The notes under the pieces: generated by a model
The model's input: the letters and a program-made list of their open reading frames with translations, nothing else
Database searches by the model: none
Told to the model about the DNA's origin: nothing
Assembly: GCA_002269645.1 (NCBI GenBank)
Contig: NIVC01001660.1
Coordinates: forward strand, 124,001 to 188,000
Direction of reading: 5' to 3'
Origin: Macrostomum lignano
Lineage: Eukaryota
DNA: 64,000 bases
Shown: in pieces, positions 59,800-64,000 of the stretch
How the letters are laid out: every line of letters begins with the position of its first letter
Numbering within the stretch: the stretch's first letter is position 1
Made by a program: the position numbers and the translations under genes

Positions 59800-62697
59800 T
59801 TAGCCGATCAGGAAACCCAGCACGAGCAGACTGATGCAAATAAATGGAAGCTTGGTTGTTTCTGTCTTTACTGTAGTAGCTTTTGTACTCGTAGTTGGAG
59901 TTGCATCCCGATCCGGAGCAGGATTTGTAGCAGGTTTGACGGGGCCGATCTCACACGTGGCGCCGGAGTAGCCGCGATTGCACAAACACGCTCCAAAGAC
60001 GCAGTCGCCGTTGCCATTGCACTTATTCGGACACGCCTCGGTCAGCATCCTGTCAATGGTGCTGGCCTTTGTCTTTACAGCTGACACGTTGTAGCTGAGG
60101 CTTGTAATGCACTGACCAGCGAACGAGTTGAACAGGGTTTCAGTAAAATCGAATGTGTCCAATTGGGTGGCGTACTGGACGCAAACAGTTTTGAACTGCG
60201 TCATAAAGTCCAAACCGCCGAGAATGCCTTTTGCAGTGGAGCACTCTGTCACTATGGTACCTTTTGTTGCTAGTACAGACTGTAAGTACTTGGCGCACTG
60301 CTCAGCTGCCATCTCAGCAGTGACATTTTCTGTGGAGCGTTTGCTGCGTTTAGCTAGCAGTGTTTCTAGCCTATTAGTAGCTCGTCGTGGTTGCAGATTG
60401 TTGTCGAGAGATCGCCTTGTTCGTGATGGATCACCTAGCTGTCTGACGACACATTGATTTGACAGATTTTCGGGCAAGTCGTCATCTTCTTTGCCTTTTT
60501 CGCAAGAGCAAAAGTCCAATGACTCAATGGTCTCAAGAGTGTCCTCTGGAACAAAATTGTCAGAGAACAAATCTCTGGGACTGTCCGAGGCAATGGTGTC
60601 GGTCGGTATCCACGATGCCAAAGATTTTCTATACATAAGACCATCGACTCGACTCTCGGTATCGTAGAAACCTGGAACTATCATTAAATCCAAGGCATTC
60701 TTGCCGTTCGTTTCGAGGTTCCCGACGTTCCCTGAACAACTATTTTCTAGCATTGATTTGCGGCTCATAATAAAGTCGTGACGGCAACCATCGTCATTAA
60801 AACCATGAATCAAAAAATTCCATACGTATATGATAGTACCATACAATTCAAATTTGATCCTCACTCCATTTTTTCCTTCCTCGAAAGAAACACCCCAAGG
60901 AAAGCCATTCGTAAGCGGCAGAGCGCTGAATTCTTTAATTTTTGTTGTCTTAACTTGGAATGCTTCCTTCTCGCTGTATATCAGGATTCGGTAGGACTCG
61001 TACCTGATAGCAACCTCAGTAACTACGGAATGGAATTTTCTCTTTGTTGAATCGCACTCTTTAGCCTGCACCTCGTAAGGCAAAATTTTGTGCCTCATTA
61101 GCGACAAACTCCGGCAAGAGTCCCCATAAAAAAAGTCGGCGTATCTAGGACTGTCTGAATTTGCCGGCTTGAAAATGGGGTCGCTGTACACATGAAAAAA
61201 GTCTTTTACCTCTGTGGTGTTGTAGAGAGAGGAAATGTCTATCGTTAGTTTTCGTGACTGCAATTTTACCCAATTATTTCCGGTATACACACCTCGAGGA
61301 TCTTTATTAGCACGGTAGCTGACGTTCACCTGAATCATAGGCGCCAGCTGTGATCCATCGAGGCCTCTGACAATCAGACCTTCTTCATCATCGTTAAGCA
61401 GTTTTAAGTCTAGGCAGACATTTGAATGGCGAGTATTTCTGGTCGTTATATTTGCTTCGCAAGGATTATTGTAGCCGTTAAATTGTAAGTTCTGTATTTT
61501 TACCTTTATTTTATCGTTAGAAATCAGTGCCTGGCGTCGGACAGCAACTCTAACAGTAATAGATTGAAAGTTGGGCACTTTGGTAATATTTATGCAAAGT
61601 TTAATCGAACTAGATGGAGTAAGTACTGAAGTGGTTGCCTTTGTCGATGAATCAAGAAAGCTGTACTGAAACTCAAACTGGTGCGGCATAGAAACTAGCT
61701 CCTCGGATATATATTCAGACAGCTCTGAGTTGCACTTGGCCTGCAGCACGCATTCCAGTGTACCGCCGTAGATGTTTGAATGAGGAATAAGAATATCTTC
61801 GTCATCGCAGGTTACCGTGATTTTGCCTCCTGAGGATACCGTAAGGTTTTGAAAAGTGCACGCTGGGATTTTCAATTGCGTTTTGTTGTGAAACCTTAGT
61901 CTGTAGTAAACCTTATATAGAAGCCCTTGTGTGAAGTTTGTCTCAAAACTTTCTCCAAAGGAACAGTTAAACTTGGATTTTTGGTTATCAGGATTGTGAA
62001 CTTGCTGCAAAACTGGCAGATTTGTTGCTCCGGACTTCGCTTTCGGCAAGCACGCGGATGCGTTGACGCAGGGCTCGTAGCCAGAGCCGTCAGCTGACAC
62101 GAGACCGCCGCTGCACGCCTTCTTGTTTCCGATGCAGTAGTGATCGTTTCTGGACTGGGTAGGTTCCAAATAGTAAAGATTAAATGATCCGCAAGTAAGG
62201 ATTCGGACAGGATATGGAGCCTCTGCCGAGTCGTAGCAAACGGGTCCTGACCGACTGACTCTGAAAAGTTTGCCAGAATACAGCGTTCTGCTTGTAGTGG
62301 CTTCCTGGACGATGTCGGTGAGGATATAAGGGTAGGCGCTGCCGCAGCTGGCCGTTGTGTCGGGACACGTGCTGGTTAGGAAGCCTCCAGCTGGAGACTT
62401 CAGTCGGTACCATCCAAAAGATATTGAGCTGAAGTCAAAGCAACTATAACCAGAGTCCGAGCACGACTTGACGTTTCTGGGAGCATGAGAGCCCTTTGAG
62501 TCGTCGATCGTTGCAATGCTGGGATCCAAGCACGGATTAGAGGTTGAAAAAGCGGTTTCACAGTTCCTGCCGTAATAATCCGGTTGGCAGGTGCATCTGT
62601 CCTTCACTGCATCATAGTTTCCATGATTTGAGCACTGCGTCTGTGTCTTGATACTACTCACTAGCAACAGAGCCAGTAGTGATCTAAAATTATTCAT
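59800..62697 (-). CDS. VWDE-like extracellular protein, 965 aa, intronless: signal peptide, EGF, D8C/UMOD-like Cys domain, degenerate vWD, EGF, Thr-rich stalk, probable GPI signal
   Basis: CSNHG...C.C.PDYYG.NC; GWYR...C...CG..YP; SDP.F...C...C.....V..VA (vWD-like); CPNKCNGNGDCVFGACLCNRGYSGATC; hydrophobic C-terminus with no cytoplasmic tail. Confidence 0.8.
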   Translation of the reverse strand: MNNFRSLLALLLVSSIKTQTQCSNHGNYDAVKDRCTCQPDYYGRNCETAFSTSNPCLDPSIATIDDSKGSHAPRNVKSCSDSGYSCFDFSSISFGWYRLKSPAGGFLTSTCPDTTASCGSAYPYILTDIVQEATTSRTLYSGKLFRVSRSGPVCYDSAEAPYPVRILTCGSFNLYYLEPTQSRNDHYCIGNKKACSGGLVSADGSGYEPCVNASACLPKAKSGATNLPVLQQVHNPDNQKSKFNCSFGESFETNFTQGLLYKVYYRLRFHNKTQLKIPACTFQNLTVSSGGKITVTCDDEDILIPHSNIYGGTLECVLQAKCNSELSEYISEELVSMPHQFEFQYSFLDSSTKATTSVLTPSSSIKLCINITKVPNFQSITVRVAVRRQALISNDKIKVKIQNLQFNGYNNPCEANITTRNTRHSNVCLDLKLLNDDEEGLIVRGLDGSQLAPMIQVNVSYRANKDPRGVYTGNNWVKLQSRKLTIDISSLYNTTEVKDFFHVYSDPIFKPANSDSPRYADFFYGDSCRSLSLMRHKILPYEVQAKECDSTKRKFHSVVTEVAIRYESYRILIYSEKEAFQVKTTKIKEFSALPLTNGFPWGVSFEEGKNGVRIKFELYGTIIYVWNFLIHGFNDDGCRHDFIMSRKSMLENSCSGNVGNLETNGKNALDLMIVPGFYDTESRVDGLMYRKSLASWIPTDTIASDSPRDLFSDNFVPEDTLETIESLDFCSCEKGKEDDDLPENLSNQCVVRQLGDPSRTRRSLDNNLQPRRATNRLETLLAKRSKRSTENVTAEMAAEQCAKYLQSVLATKGTIVTECSTAKGILGGLDFMTQFKTVCVQYATQLDTFDFTETLFNSFAGQCITSLSYNVSAVKTKASTIDRMLTEACPNKCNGNGDCVFGACLCNRGYSGATCEIGPVKPATNPAPDRDATPTTSTKATTVKTETTKLPFICISLLVLGFLIG

Positions 62698-63368
62698 TGC
62701 ATTGCAAGATGTTGTAAAAGTTTTGCCGGAATTCAGAGAAAATAATTTTGATGTACATTAATTGTCTCAGATGGACCTAAATACATAAATGATTGTTGCT
62801 GCAGTTCTATTGGCACAATCAAAGAAGGTCTGTACATTTCTATGTGATTGTCACAAAGAAGACATTGCTTTAAGCACTACAAAAGCGCTTACATCGGAGC
62901 GGGGAAAACAATGATCTCTACCCACCTCGACAACAGCTATCGAATGACCAGCTCTTTGTTTGTTACTTTTATTACTTTGATTAATTAATTACGAGTACTT
63001 TGCATTGTGACTATGCGTTCTTGCTGCTATACAATACACTGCCTTGAATAATAATATTCTGTACTGAGTTTTTTAAGTCTCATTCTCATAATAGGGCCTT
63101 TAGAGGCCAGGGTGTTTTGAAAGTCTTTTTTGTCACGTGAGCAAAAGATAAAAAGAAAACGAAACCTACCTGTTACATTTGGTTTCTTGATACATAAAAC
63201 ATGTTAACTGCTAAAAATCATTCAGATACTCAAAAAGCACGCAAGCCTTTTGCTTGTACTTACCTTAGCAAGGTGCACAGACTGCTTGGCTGAACCATCT
63301 TGGTGCCTGCACAAAAGAAAATAACGCATTTGCCGTTTTATAGACATTCGAAATTTACTCAGGAAGCT

Positions 63369-63452
63369 AGACAGACAGACAGAAAGACAGACAGACAGAC
63401 AGACAGAAAGACAGACAGACAGACAGAAAGACAGACAGACAGACAGACAGAA

Positions 63453-63495
<43 letters not shown>

Positions 63496-63508
63496 AAGAC
63501 AGACAGAA

Positions 63509-63555
<47 letters not shown>

Positions 63556-63580
63556 AAGACAGACAGACAGACAGACAGAA

Positions 63581-63635
<55 letters not shown>

Positions 63636-63636
63636 A

Positions 63637-63723
<87 letters not shown>

Positions 63724-63724
63724 A

Positions 63725-63779
<55 letters not shown>

Positions 63780-63780
63780 A

Positions 63781-63875
<95 letters not shown>

Positions 63876-63896
63876 AAGACAGACAGACAGACAGAA

Positions 63897-63955
<59 letters not shown>

Positions 63956-64000
63956 AAGACAGACAGACAGACAGAAAGACAGAAAGACAGACAGACAGAC
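63369..64000. repeat. (GACA)n microsatellite running off the window end
   Basis: Directly visible. Confidence 0.98.

Noticed and set aside
63300-63830. 176-aa QTDR-repeat ORF
   Set aside because: Translation of the (GACA)n microsatellite

Overview
Eukaryotic (animal) genomic DNA with spliceosomal introns, SINEs, LINEs, Helitrons and many 14-24 bp minisatellites. The very GC-rich exons and dense short tandem repeats suggest a free-living flatworm such as Macrostomum; this is inference only. The first 17 kb is a head-to-tail train of minus-strand Helitrons. Element A (797-9850) carries a 9-exon OTU-zinc finger-Rep(HUH)-Pif1 helicase gene with three lesions. Two non-autonomous derivatives follow, B (9851-13185) and C (13186-16273), each with a tRNA-like Pol III module pointing into a 23-bp minisatellite. 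An apparently exact 910-bp copy of A's 5' end (16274-17183) is joined to C at an A|TC site, forming a composite element. Host genes, all on the minus strand: a secreted C-type lectin + PAN/apple protein, a hidden two-exon PPxY membrane protein, an SRSF4/5/6-type SR protein, ESS2/DGCR14 and an intronless VWDE-like GPI-anchored protein. There is also a three-level nested insertion at 52-56 kb (RTE LINE > solo LTR > RNase H LINE, two TSDs read directly), a foldback element, an 8-bp-TSD MITE, three CORE-like SINEs, and CpG-depleted TAGGCCTA-rich domains. No CRISPR, rRNA or true tRNA genes were found.
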